A stretch of DNA of 64,000 nt from Lingula anatina (taxonomy: Eukaryota > Animalia > Brachiopoda): NCBI GenBank assembly GCA_051362555.1, contig CM120640.1:70720788-70784787 (forward strand), in the 5' to 3' direction. Under the pieces are notes generated by a model. That model was given only the letters and a program-made list of their open reading frames with translations. It had not been told where the DNA came from and ran no database searches. The position numbers were made by a program, and so were the translations under genes. Shown here in pieces: positions 39,301 to 51,233 of this stretch; within the stretch, counting starts at the first letter, position 1, and each line of letters begins with the position of its first letter.

Positions 39301-41318
39301 CCCATTGGTGCAGACTCCATCCTCCCATGCTGGGTTTCCTCTGATTGTTCATTCTTTATTTCTACATTGTCTGATGTTTCCATGGTTTCCTCCTTTTCTT
39401 CTTCTTTTTTCTCCTCCAGAATAAGCAGCCTTGGATGGAAGGGCTCCTCTTCTATCTTGTCTTTGGCTTTAATGCACTCTACGACCCAGTCAGGGGTGAC
39501 AATCTTCACCGTGTCCTGGTGTCGCAATGCACACTCATACTTGGCCTAGAATTACACAAAATGTTGATCACATAAAAAAGTCAATAATAAAAAACAGCAT
39601 CTGTTTTTAAAAAATAAGGTGGCTGCAAATTCACTCTTATTCTTTTTTATCTTTATTTTTTGCATTTTCTAAAATGTCACATGTGACAGAAAATCTTGTT
39701 TTTTTACCACCATACTATCACACTTACCCCGGCTGGCCTGTTGGCTACAAGATGTGTGCACTTCTTATCCAAGTTCATGCTGCAGCTCCCTCCATAAAAT
39801 GTCACCATAGCCCAAAGAGACTTCAGATCCTGAGCACTCAGCTGTAAAACAAGTCCAAATTCTACATTAGTATATTTATTAACTAAGTTTGAATTATACT
39901 TTTTACTACACATTTGTATCAACATCATAACTAAACCTTCAAATTGAACCAAGTAGTTGTGAGGCTTAAAACTCAAAAGCAATAATCCAAAACCTGAAAG
40001 ACATCAATAACAATAAATAATCAATTAAAAAAAACAACAAAGGGACCTTAACAAATCAAAGGTTGACAACAAATTATAAGCATACCAAGCTTTATAAACA
40101 AATATCCTTTATTACATTATTTGGTATCTTCAATTAACTGACCTTTGATGGACAGATGACAACACCTTTAAGTAGGCCCCTTGCTTGTGGAGTAAAAGCA
40201 TTTATACTGAAGATGTATTAAAGAAATAAACATAATAATCTGAAAGAATATATTATTTTAATAATATTATTCAAGAAGCCATCTTTAGAAAACTGCAGTA
40301 TCTTTCTTAAATTTCTGAAATGTGTTTTTTAGAAAGGATACGGCAATTGTTTCCCACTTCTCACAGACAGCTCCACCCAAAGACTCTGAAACAAAGAAAT
40401 GCAAAAACTAAATTAAATTCCAAAATGAATGAAAATAGAAGCCCTGTTTTCAAAATAATTTGAAATTATATTGTATTTTATGAAAAAGTGAAATCCCTTT
40501 GTCAACCACCTAAAACAACATGATGACTATGACTTCAGGCATATTAATGCTACAAGTGCACATAACTCACAGACACCACAGGGAGCTCATAGAGTTCCTT
40601 TGCCTCCCCATACTCATCATTACTGGGGTCATCACATATGACATGGGTCACCATTTCACTCAAGTAGACATCCTTCTTAGCTCCACCTGCATTTAAGTAC
40701 TTCTCCACCTTCAAAAAGAATGTTAATTTCATCATACTCTTCCTCTTCGTTTCCTGAAGGGTTAACTAGTACAACAATCTTAATTATAATTAGACCCCCA
40801 TTTCCCAAACAGTGCTAGGAATTCACATCTGTCACATTTTACTGAAGGAGTAGAAAATAAACGAATAAAAATATACTGGCGGAAATGTAAGTAGATGTAA
40901 ATATTGCAAGGAAGTGTAAAATAAAATTACAAACTAAAGCCGTGAAACTTCAAGAGTTCTTAAATACTTGGTAATGTAAACGCTAGTAACTTCGGGTCAA
41001 AACATGTGGATAAAGTGACAGATGAAAAGAACAAAGGGTGCCTTTCTCGCTTTTGTCTAAAATTTCTTGCAATAACTACAATGCAATTGCACGTGATGGC
41101 TATAATGTTTATAAACAATTCCCTGGTTTATTTCATGGTTCAGAGTCTCAAGCGACAAACAAGCGTCAGTACGGTCAGAGAATCGACAATAGTGAAGTGA
41201 ATTTAAAATTAAAAATGCTTACATTTTCCTCTACTTTCGCCACAGTATAATATTTAACATCTTTAAAAAGACCTTGTGCGACAACCAGCTCTTTGCTTTC
41301 TTCTTCAGACGCACCCAT
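33343..41318 (-). CDS. PAXIP1: PAX-interacting protein 1 (PTIP), multi-BRCT protein
   Basis: N-terminus MGASEEESKELVVAQGLFKDVKYYTVAKV. Motifs LWAMVTFYGGSCSMNLDKKCTHLV, KIVTPDWVVECI, a P/Q/H-rich linker, CLLGCVFYIADY, VVTAHWLSDV, KYEKAMEWKVPVVNVQWL. C-terminus NAEFVLTGVLRQKIDYEQF; TGA at 33343. Confidence 0.93.
40207..40341 (-). other. U12-type (minor spliceosome) GT-AG intron in PAXIP1
   Basis: 5' site GTATCCTTT; branch-like TTCTTTAAT ~10 nt upstream of the AG; splicing restores KQLP|INAF. Confidence 0.8.
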
Positions 41319-41662
41319 TATTTCAATTTTTGCTCATTTCAGCAGCTAAAGTCTTTGTTTTCCCGCGAAAGCTGAAGCTCTCGCTACATCTCGCAGACTG
41401 ATTGCCATAAACCAAACATACTGATTTTTTGTTTTCGGTTGTCTACCGTTTATGAAATAGAGATGAAATGTATAGATGTAGACTGTTCCCACATGTTTAA
41501 ATTACGGTTCATTGATATTTAAAATGTGTTAGAAAATGCATTAAGCATAAAGAAAAACCTAAATGCCAGAATAACGTCAACGGGTACTTCGGCTGTAATC
41601 TCGTTACACAACGAGACTTTCTAAAGTGCCATCTTCCATTTTGTTCAAAAGGTCTAACAAAG
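41319..41662. promoter_or_regulatory. Bidirectional PAXIP1/DCAF7 promoter and DCAF7 non-coding first exon
   Basis: E2F-like TTTTCCCGCGAAA at ~41358; YY1-like GCCATCTT/CCATTTTG at ~41628; donor aag|gtaagt at 41663, presumably spliced to the acceptor at ~42091. Confidence 0.5.
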
Positions 41663-42122
41663 GTAAGTAAATATATAAGTATTTAACCAACAGAGCATCA
41701 TACGGATGCCACATGCAACTTGGGTAAGGTTTGTGTTCACCTGGAGTGATAATATTGGTAGATTAATCAGCTGGTGAGTATGCACGTAGAATGAATGAAG
41801 TTTTGCTCATCCTGGTTTCTCCATTGAGACCCCAGCCAAAGCGCGAGGTGCAGGCTCTGCTGCAGTCAGCGATCCCTTTCACTTGTAGCGAATTGCACCT
41901 TGCATATTTACATATTGGAGACATGCAGTTAGCATTGGTGCCGTTAAGCATTTGACTAAACTAAAAGTGCACATTTTATTAAACCACGCGAGCTTCAATT
42001 CTGATAACTTTCAAAATCGTTCACACCTTTCACTGTTTCATTCTATCATTCAATCAGTTAGAAATCATGGTGATGTCCAATTGTATTGCAGGGTCTCGCT
42101 GGAGCACCTGTCCAAATCCACC

Positions 42123-45100
42123 ATGAGTGCACTGCCCCCCTCGGGCACCGCTCCCCCTCCCCCCGGCAAGAGAAAGGAGATCTACAAGTACGAGGCTCCT
42201 TGGATTCTGTACAGTATGAACTGGAGCGTGCGGCCAGACAAGAGGTTTAGGCTAGCTGTGGGCAGCTTTGTAGAGGAGTATAACAACAAGGTACAGTACA
42301 CATTGCTTTGTAGAGAAGTAAAGCAAAAAGGCACAGTACACATTGCTTTGTAGAGGAGTATAACTATGTCACACACTGAAAGCAGTAGAACATCTGATAA
42401 TACAATTAATATAGGGTCAAAAATTCTCATTATCAGAGGCCCTCAGCCCATGGATATGGGGTAACACCAAAAGTTTGTGAAAAATGCTGAAGTAAAAGAA
42501 GTATAGAGATCCTGGCTGGCAGCATTTTAAAAGAATATTGCAGAGGGAGAGAGAAAGAGAGAGAGGGTTCGCACAAAATCTGGAATATCCTAGAATTAAG
42601 ATTTAATCATGGAATATCCTGGGATTCTGTTGTACTTCTGGAAAAGTCTTAAAATTCCTCTAAAAATCCTTTAAAATGGATAGTTTTTACTCTAGTCTTG
42701 TTTTTGTTATTAAAATAAAGCATGTCCACTGTTTCCCCGAAGCACTGATGCAATCGGAATGCCTCAGCCTTTTCCATCAAGCTGGCTTTTTATATTGATT
42801 CATAAAAGTAATAAATACTAGGTGTGCCCAAAAATTCTTGGTTATATTTTATTTTACCTATTTGATGATAAACAAATGATAAATGTCTAGTGTAACATAC
42901 TCCTGGAAAATATTTTAATATCCTTGAAAAATCCTGGAAAAATTGCTGGCAGAACCAGAGAGAGAGAAAGGGAAAGACAGCTAGGCTGAATAATTAGGCT
43001 TGGAAATCAAAGTAAACTGTCAACAACCATTATTCAATCTCATTTCATGACAGCATTAATTATGTCATCTGAATGGTTAGTGTACCAGTATTCAGTGCTT
43101 TTGCAACAAACATAATTTTGTTTCTTTATTTCTAGGTCCAGATTGCCTCTCTTGATGAAGAAACTTCCGAGTTTGTTGCAAGGAGTACTTTTGACCATCC
43201 TTACCCTACAACAAAAATCATGTGGATTCCTGACACAGTAAGTGCACGTCTTTTGGGATTAAAATGAAAAAATGATTATAAAATGTTTAAATAAATATAA
43301 GCTTGGGCTGTCTATCTGTTGTAAAAAGTGTTCAGATCGCAGTTGCTGTGTCACTGTTATATTTAGTTAGAGTCTGCTGTCTGTGTAAAATTCTGTTCAA
43401 AGTAATTGTGGAGATTGATTTTGTCTGAGGTTGCTGTATAAAATATATGTGTTTGTAATGTTCCAGAAAGGGGTGTATCCAGACCTGCTGGCTACCAGTG
43501 GCGACTACTTACGAGTTTGGAGAGTTGGTGATTCAGAAACACGGCTTGAATGTCTCTTAAATAATGTAAGTGGTGGCTCACAGTAAGCTGTGGTTATGTG
43601 GAAATACATATAGATAATATTATAAACATTGTACAACATTGGTGTGGTATAAATAATGAAATTATAAATAAATAAGTAAATGGATAAATAAAAAATGAGA
43701 TGAATTAAAATAATTTTAAATCATATAAAAGACCTTTTGTTACTTTCATCTCCAGCTAGGTAATTTTATTTGCTATTTAATCTGTAGATGTGTTTTGATA
43801 AATAAGGTGCATATTATAATGATTTGGTTTTTCAATCTATTAAGTACTGGACTTACATTTGTAGAGATGAGACTGTTGTCTCCCCCTCAAAAACCACTAA
43901 GAATACAGATGAACTATTCCCAGTCTTGCTGTGTAATAATAAGTCCAGTAATAGATTTAAATAACTTATCTCTATGTAAACATGACTGTATGACTAACAT
44001 AACAGAGTATTAAGATGCATATTACTTTTACAGAACAAAAACAGTGATTTCTGTGCACCTCTCACCTCATTTGATTGGAATGAAGTGGACCCCAATCTCC
44101 TCGGCACATCAAGTATTGACACCACATGCACAATATGGGGGCTGGAGGTATGTTGTTCAAGGGAAACATGATAGTGCTCTTTAATAAATTAAATTTGAAT
44201 TGAGACATGTTGGTTTCATGGAAGACTGTAGATTGATTCAGTTGTTTAATGGTTCTGATGACAATAAAGAAATAGTTTGTGGTTTTCATTAGTAGCAGTG
44301 ACAGTCCCTGTGTGTGTGTTTGTCTTTGCAGACTGGTCAGGTATTAGGCAGGGTCAATCTGGTGACAGGACATGTGAAGACCCAGCTGATTGCGCATGAC
44401 AAGGAGGTGTATGACATTGCATTTAGCAGGGCAGGGGGAGGCAGGGACATGTTTGCCAGTGTTGGTAAGTTGTCCTAGATCTACAACAACATTAAGCAGG
44501 GCAGGGGGAGGCAGGGACATGTTTGCCAGTGTTGGTAAGTTGTCCTAGATCTACAACAACATTAAGCAGGGCAGGGGGAGGCAGGGACATGTTTGCCAGT
44601 GTTGGTAAGTTGTCTTAGCACTACAACATTTAGCAGGGCAGGGGAGGCAGGGACATGTTTACCAGTGTTGGTAAGTTGTCTTAGCACTACAACGTTTAGC
44701 AGGGCAGGGGGAAGCAGGGATATGTTTGCCAGTGTTGGTAAGTTGTCTTGGCACTACACCAACATTTAGCAGGGCAGGGGGAGGCAGGGACATGTTTGCC
44801 AGTGTTGGTAAGTTGTCTTGGCACTACACCAACATTTAGCAGGGCAGGGGGATGCAGGGGCATGTTTGCCAGCTGTCCCTCAGATAAGCATGGTAATTCA
44901 TTTTAACCTGTTTTTAAGCACCATAAATAATAGAGTAGTAAAGTCTTGATTGTGTTCACAGCCTCTCAGACAGCTTACATTAAACCTGGGCTGTGTATTT
45001 ATATTCCAGGTGCTGATGGCTCAGTGCGAATGTTTGACCTCCGTCACCTGGAGCATTCCACTATTATCTATGAGGATCCTCAGCACCACCCTCTCCTCAG

Positions 45101-45920
45101 GCTGGCCTGGAACAAACAGGACCCTAACTACTTAGCTACAATGGCCATGGATGCCATGGAGGTATGGGTCTCTCTGGTGTGATGATCATTGTATACATGT
45201 GATTGGTTCTACTGTCCATTATATGACTTTAACTTCATTTTATCATCAGTTCTTAAGCTGAATATATCCAAAGTAACTAAAATGAAATAAAACAACAAAG
45301 TGATTTTTAAATGTGAATTTACCTTTTCCTTATTATTGTTATTATTTTTTTTTTTTTAGAAAATTGTGACTGCATTAACATCAAAAGTGATAAATTATTT
45401 TGAATTTGTGGAAAACATTATTCCTAGGTGATCATTCTTGATGTCCGAGTCCCATGCACCCCAGTGGCCAGACTGAACAATCACCGAGCCTGTGTCAACG
45501 GCATTGCCTGGGCACCTCATTCAAGTTGTCATATATGCACTGCAGGTAACGTGTTAAATGGTTTAACTATATAGTAATACCTATTGTGAGAATGTTTTTT
45601 GTTCTTAGTATAGTGCTTTGTTTTTATCTTAAAAGAGTTTAAGAAGAACCTGATGTACCTGAGGTTGTCAGTGACATATTGCTTTGAAACATTGGGTATA
45701 GATATTTATTAACCTTTACATTCACCATGTTCTTTTGCTGGTTGCAGCTGATGACCATCAAGCTCTAATCTGGGATATCCAGCAGATGCCGAGAGCCATA
45801 GAAGATCCCATCCTAGCATACACCTCCTCAGGGGAAATCAACCAGATTCAGTGGTCATCTACACAGCCAGACTGGATAGCCATCTGCTACAACAACTGCC
45901 TGGAGATACTGAGGGTCTAG
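42123..45920 (+). CDS. DCAF7: DDB1- and CUL4-associated factor 7 (WDR68/HAN11), WD40 protein
   Basis: Exons 42123-42290, 43136-43237, 43467-43565, 44034-44147, 44332-44464, 45010-45161, 45428-45545, 45748-45920. Motifs [67 protein letters not shown]. Confidence 0.97.
42563..42957. mobile_element. Degraded non-autonomous DNA element inserted in a (GA)n tract
   Basis: agggttcgcac...ggcagaacc ends with multiple tcctggaaaa-like subterminal repeats. Confidence 0.4.
44421..44872 (+). repeat. ~66-70-bp tandem array (~6.5 copies) spanning a DCAF7 splice donor
   Basis: Unit agcagggcagggggaggcagggacatgtttgccagtgttg|gtaagttgtc...; the first copy is the real exon end (44464). Confidence 0.95.
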
Positions 45921-47522
45921 AAGACAGGGGCACCATTTTTTTATTTAATTCAGGAAAAAAACACTGGTGAAATTAATGAGCTGTTTTATGATGCTGCAGG
46001 ACTTTAATTTGTTATGTACAGTAGCAGGGTCTCCCAGAGGAAGATTGGTCTTTTTTGTGGATGTAATTTCTTTAATCTCAAAAACATTTTTTTTTTTTTG
46101 GATAACATCTCAAGTCATGGGAATTGTGTGGTTAGAAAAAGAAGTAAAATGGAAAAGAGCCCAGACAGCATTTTCTTCAAAGTTTAGAGACATATTATTA
46201 CTATTATCATAGTTAAATATGCCTGGCTTTGTTGAATTTGACATAGGTCCTCTGAAAGGTAGCTTTAAATTGCTTTAATTTCAATAACAATGCAATTAAT
46301 GCAGTGATTATTTTTCCTGCTGACAGTTTTTCTGTGGATGCCAGTTCAGAAAATGTACTCCCAATTGTTACACTTGTCTTCCTACAACACACCTTACTAA
46401 AAGACACGATGAAATCTACAGCACAGTGGGATACTTGATTGATTTCATTGACAAGATAATGGCACTAATATGCCACATGTGGTATACCAGATCACCATTT
46501 TTACTGGGTTTACTCAAGTGGGTCCACACTGAGCAGCTGTCCTAGCTGTGTACATAGCCCCCGGCTCCACCAGTTGTATCTATATGTATATTTCTGCTGT
46601 ACATAGAACGAGGTTGTTTCATGTACTTGAAAACTAGTCAGTTCCTGATCTGTAGGCGTAAATAAGAGTCTCTTTTAATCTGTTTAGTGTGCAAAAATGT
46701 TTGATCGCTTCACAGGTAAAATAGTGATCTTAATAATCTCTGGCAATGGTTTGTAAATAAAGCATTGTGTCTCTTGCAGCTGGACATTTTGCAGAACTTT
46801 AGACAGAACAGTGAATGTGAATATAAGTTGCAGTTGTTTTGTGCTGTGTAAGCGAATTACAGGAAAGAAGATTATCTTCACTCATGCATTTTCATATTTC
46901 GTCCAGTGCGCAGTGTATCAAACCCCCAGTTATGTATGCAATATTAGGTGAAGTCTAAAAAGTTGAGAGTGATATCTTAATGAACTCCAGGTTCATGATC
47001 GTAACTTTAAAAGACTTGTAGCGTTTTAGTCACAGTGTGAGTAAAGGGTAAATGACTTTATCAGTTTTATAGTCTTGGTTACATTAGGTAATCAGTTATG
47101 TGCTTCGTGAGTACGAACCCCGTCATTAAAGTAGATTTTTGATTTTGTCGCCGTTTTTTGTCGTAATGTCAGTAGTTGTATGTTGTCACCAGTCACGTTC
47201 ATTCATTACACAAAGAAAAACGTAATACCGTCATTGTATGTGTGCTGAGAAGCTGTATGATCATCTTTATGAATAAACTTGTAGATATCTAGTCTCGTTT
47301 TCTTTTCGAAGTTCTTTTTCTGTTCGCATCCTGTGGTAAAACACGCCGTGGGAGCAAAACGGACTCCACTGGCCGACTTGTCTTTTGACGAAGTATCGCG
47401 GTACGAGCGGTCTTTTAGAAATAAAAGGGTGTGGCATTCTTTTGTTGTTCTTATTTATAGGGCCACAATATGCACAGTAAGCTGACAGTACATTTACCTG
47501 CGGTTTACGGTAAACTGACAGT

Positions 47523-49911
47523 AACATAACATAATTTTATTTTTTTAACATAACATAATTTTATTTCACGTCAGTTTTCCAACAAGCACAACACTAGCCA
47601 TAGCAGGCTAATATCACCGACAGAATGAAATAAATTAATGTGAAGTACTATAATAGTGATATAAAATTTAAATAAATAAATAATTTATTTTTATATGCAG
47701 TTGTTTTACCTGAGAAAATATTAAAAGTATTTAAGTGTTTAACACTATTGATTGTATAAAAGTGAGATGTTGCCTTAGAGGCTACCTGAGATTTAAAACC
47801 AGAATGCCTTTTAGGCTATACATTTGCACACAATTCACATTTCCAGTTTGACTGGGGTGTCCAGTTTTGGACCATACCTTTAAAAGTGTCCAGATCTTTA
47901 CAATTTTTCATTGATACTGGCAACATATTCCATAGTTTAGCACCACTGTAGGCTAATGAATTTAATCCATAGCATTTTGTCCTGCAGTGCTTCTGAAGCA
48001 ACTGATTTGAGTTCCTTAAGCTGTAAGGTACTTCTTTAACACTGAACAAATCCCACATGAAAGGTGGGGAGAGCCTATTTACTGATTTAAACACTTCAAT
48101 TATTACAGCTCTATTCCTAGAAAGCTCAAGAGTAGATAACCCTGCTTTCTCTAGTAATGTACTATAACTAGACTCAAAATCATCATACACAAACTTTAAG
48201 GCTCTGTACTGAATGCGTTCCATCTTTGCACAATCTACAGCACCACAAAAGTTCCAAGCTAAAGCACAATAGTTAAACTGTGATAAAATAAAACATCTAA
48301 AGACTTGTAGTCTAGACATTTCATCAAGGTACTGTGAAAGTCTCTGTAACACTTTAAGTTGAGCACCTGCCTTCTTACATAGTACACTGATATGATAATG
48401 AAAATTAAGTCTTTCATCAATATTCACACCTAATAGTTTCACATGTGGTTCTGTGGTGATATTAGCATTATCAATACTGATAGTATTTCTATCTGTAGTT
48501 TCATTTAACATAATAGCATGAAATTTAGATGGGTTAGCCTCCATCATATTGTCTCTGAACCACTTTATGGCAGTCTCTGACTCTGTAGTTAGAGTCTCTA
48601 TCACCTCCTGTCGGGTTGGGTGCATAGCGACTAGAGTGTTGTCGTCAGCATAGTTGTATAACGACGCTCTGGTGATCGTTGCGTAAATGTCATTCATGAA
48701 GACATTGAAGAGGATCGGTCCCATGATGGAACCCTGCGGGACCCCCTTTACCAGCGGTAGCCAATCACTGACATGTCCAGAGAGTTTAACCCTCTGACTG
48801 CGTGATGAAAGGTACGCCCATATCAAGGCACAACCTTTTTGCGACATGCCGTAGGCCCTGAGCTTGGCGATAATGAGCTGGTGCGGCAAACAGTCGAACG
48901 CCTTGCTCAGGTCCATTAGGATGGCTCCTGCGTGGTTGCGATTTTCCAAGGACTGCTTCCAGTCCTCGATCAAGCGAAGAAGCACATACTGGCAGTTGTA
49001 TCCTCTCCTATAAGCGGCCATCCTGGGATCCAGGATCCGCTGAAGGAAAGACGCCAGCTGATGATGAAGTATCTTCTCCAGTACTTTGGACAAAGCAGGC
49101 AAGATACTAACAGGCCTGTAGTTTTTCATGATAAGATTGTCATCCTTCTTGAAGAGTGGCACCACTTCAGCAAGTTTGGCACCATCCGGAAATACACAAG
49201 TATCAACACACTGATTGTAGATTGACGTGATGTGGTGACTAAGGCATGTAGCTACAGGTTTCAGTAATCTCGGTGGTACACTGTCCCAACCTGTTGCCTT
49301 AGTAGTGTCCATGTCCTTAATGATTTTCATTACATCATCTGGTGTGGTATGTTCAAAAGTGAAATCACAATTGTTCATACTAGATTTGATATTTTGCACA
49401 CTTGGATGATCAGTGAAGTAAGTTTCACACTGTTGTACAAAGTCTGTATTGGAGGTCATCCCTTGATCTAGATCAAGGTTACCCCCAATCTGCGATGCAA
49501 TATTCACATAAAAATTGTTCATCACATTGGCTACTTCCTGCGGCTTAGTCTCAATGGCATTTTCTGTTCGTATCATGATGGAGTTTCCATCGCTGGACCC
49601 TTTGTTTGTGAGGAAGGGCTTTATCGTAGACCAGAAATCACAGTTTTTAGGTCCATTTCTGCACTTGGCATTGAAGTAGTCCTTTATGGCCTGTTTCCTT
49701 ATGCGAGTTGTACGGTTTCTTTGAGATCTATACTTTTCCCAGTTAGCATCTGTAGGGAATCTCCTGAACTTATTTTGCAGTCGTTTTTTGTCTCGCACAG
49801 CCTTTCGTAAGGTTTTGTTCATAAAAGGAGCCTCTTTGGCTCGCACTTTGACAGTTTTCAGGGGTGCATGTTCATCCATAATCTCCCTGAGCATAGTTTG
49901 AAGAGCCCAGT
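47523..49911 (-). mobile_element. 5'-truncated non-LTR retrotransposon (CR1/L2-like LINE)
   Basis: Uninterrupted ORF2 remnant, 3' UTR, and a duplicated aaataaaattatgttatgtt tail; endonuclease domain missing. Confidence 0.9.
47816..49894 (-). CDS. LINE ORF2 reverse transcriptase (692 aa, N-truncated)
   Basis: RT motifs KATGWDSVP, NYRPVSILPALSKVLEK, MDLSKAFD, GVPQGSIMGP, YADDNTL, LLGVNID, GAKLWNMLP. Confidence 0.92.
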   Translation of the reverse strand: MLREIMDEHAPLKTVKVRAKEAPFMNKTLRKAVRDKKRLQNKFRRFPTDANWEKYRSQRNRTTRIRKQAIKDYFNAKCRNGPKNCDFWSTIKPFLTNKGSSDGNSIMIRTENAIETKPQEVANVMNNFYVNIASQIGGNLDLDQGMTSNTDFVQQCETYFTDHPSVQNIKSSMNNCDFTFEHTTPDDVMKIIKDMDTTKATGWDSVPPRLLKPVATCLSHHITSIYNQCVDTCVFPDGAKLAEVVPLFKKDDNLIMKNYRPVSILPALSKVLEKILHHQLASFLQRILDPRMAAYRRGYNCQYVLLRLIEDWKQSLENRNHAGAILMDLSKAFDCLPHQLIIAKLRAYGMSQKGCALIWAYLSSRSQRVKLSGHVSDWLPLVKGVPQGSIMGPILFNVFMNDIYATITRASLYNYADDNTLVAMHPTRQEVIETLTTESETAIKWFRDNMMEANPSKFHAIMLNETTDRNTISIDNANITTEPHVKLLGVNIDERLNFHYHISVLCKKAGAQLKVLQRLSQYLDEMSRLQVFRCFILSQFNYCALAWNFCGAVDCAKMERIQYRALKFVYDDFESSYSTLLEKAGLSTLELSRNRAVIIEVFKSVNRLSPPFMWDLFSVKEVPYSLRNSNQLLQKHCRTKCYGLNSLAYSGAKLWNMLPVSMKNCKDLDTFKGMVQNWTPQSNWKCELCANV

Positions 49912-50306
49912 GTTAGTAGGCGGTCCTTTATGTCGCCGTTGATTTCACAGGAAAACGAATGAGGCATTTCCGACTAGAAAAACCGGAGAGCGCAACTTCC
50001 GCCAAGATTAATAATTAATTAATGGTTCATCACCAAAGTCATATCAACTCTTTCTTTTGTCCATTTCTGGCCTATCCTGAAAATTTTATCAAAACTCGCC
50101 CAGCACCTCTTGCGTAATGCTCTCCGCCGACAAACTGGTGAACTTCCCAACCGCTCACGAGGTACATGTACTCGGCGACACCAAGAGACTAAACAAAACG
50201 TTCGCTTTAAACGCCACTACTGTCCTTAGAAACCGCCTAAGTAGGTCCGTTATTTCCCATAGTTAAATTAACTGGTATACTGAAAGTTACAGCGTTTTTA
50301 ATTTAA

Positions 50307-50663
50307 AGGGATAACAACTGTTCATTTTGGCCCAAAAATTAATTTTCCTGGGGTAAACAACAATTTTCCTATACTAACCATTAGTTAATGAATCCATTTC
50401 TACATTCAAAGTTAGTCCCTGTTTTTTTATTTTTTGTTTGTTTGTTTTTTTCTAAAAAGTTTGTTTTTTGTAATAATCTCTTAAGAGATTATTACAGAGT
50501 ATAGCCATCTATGGAGGTCACGTGGTCCAATGACAAGCTCAGATATCAGAATAATTGCTATAACTGCCGTTTTTGTGGTAAAACAGAATATATTATATTT
50601 CCATGAGTTGTTTACAATGTTTTTATTGTGAAATATAGATATCATACGAGAGCTGCTTTCCCT
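50307..50663. mobile_element. Kolobok-like MITE
   Basis: TTAA-AGGGATAACAACT...AGCTGCTTTCCCT-TTAA: TTAA target duplication, AG...CT termini, imperfect TIR. Confidence 0.55.
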
Positions 50664-51233
50664 TTAATTATCCGTGGGTACAATGAGTATTCATGGTCAA
50701 ACAATTCGAACTGCTCGTCGAGTTCGAGAAAGAGTTCGAAAAGACCGTTCGACCATGAAACACAAAACAAAGTTCCACAAAATTTGTTTGTATTCAATGT
50801 GCAATGATCAAGGTAAGGAATAAACAGATCAAAAATCGTTTACAGAATTTTTTTCCGCAAAAAATCGCTTTAATACATTGAGTTTTGGGCCTCGATACTC
50901 TTTGTCCCTAAATATGTTTTCCAACAAACAAACAAGTCGTTTTCTTTACAGTTTTTATTCAGTTAAAATATATGTAAACTTTGTATTTGAGCTGCCTTTT
51001 GGTATCGGACAACTTTTAAGTTGAAAAAACACCCGAAGAAGTATATATAAAATAATTATATATATAGAATGGGTCTGAAACCGTCGAACCACATCCTCCG
51101 TAAGTTTTGCTGTATTATGTTCACCCTCTGATGGCGCGAACTGGTGAAGACGGCCAAGCTGTATTCGGCGTTCTTCTTTCTTCAGTTAGGTCTACTTGGC
51201 GCTGGTTATCTTCTTAGGTCACTCGGGCGTTCC

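Noticed and set aside
38809-39549. Plus-strand ORFs over PAXIP1, and similar antisense ORFs over CNGK, the LINE and CNBD exons
   Set aside because: Antisense shadows of real coding exons.
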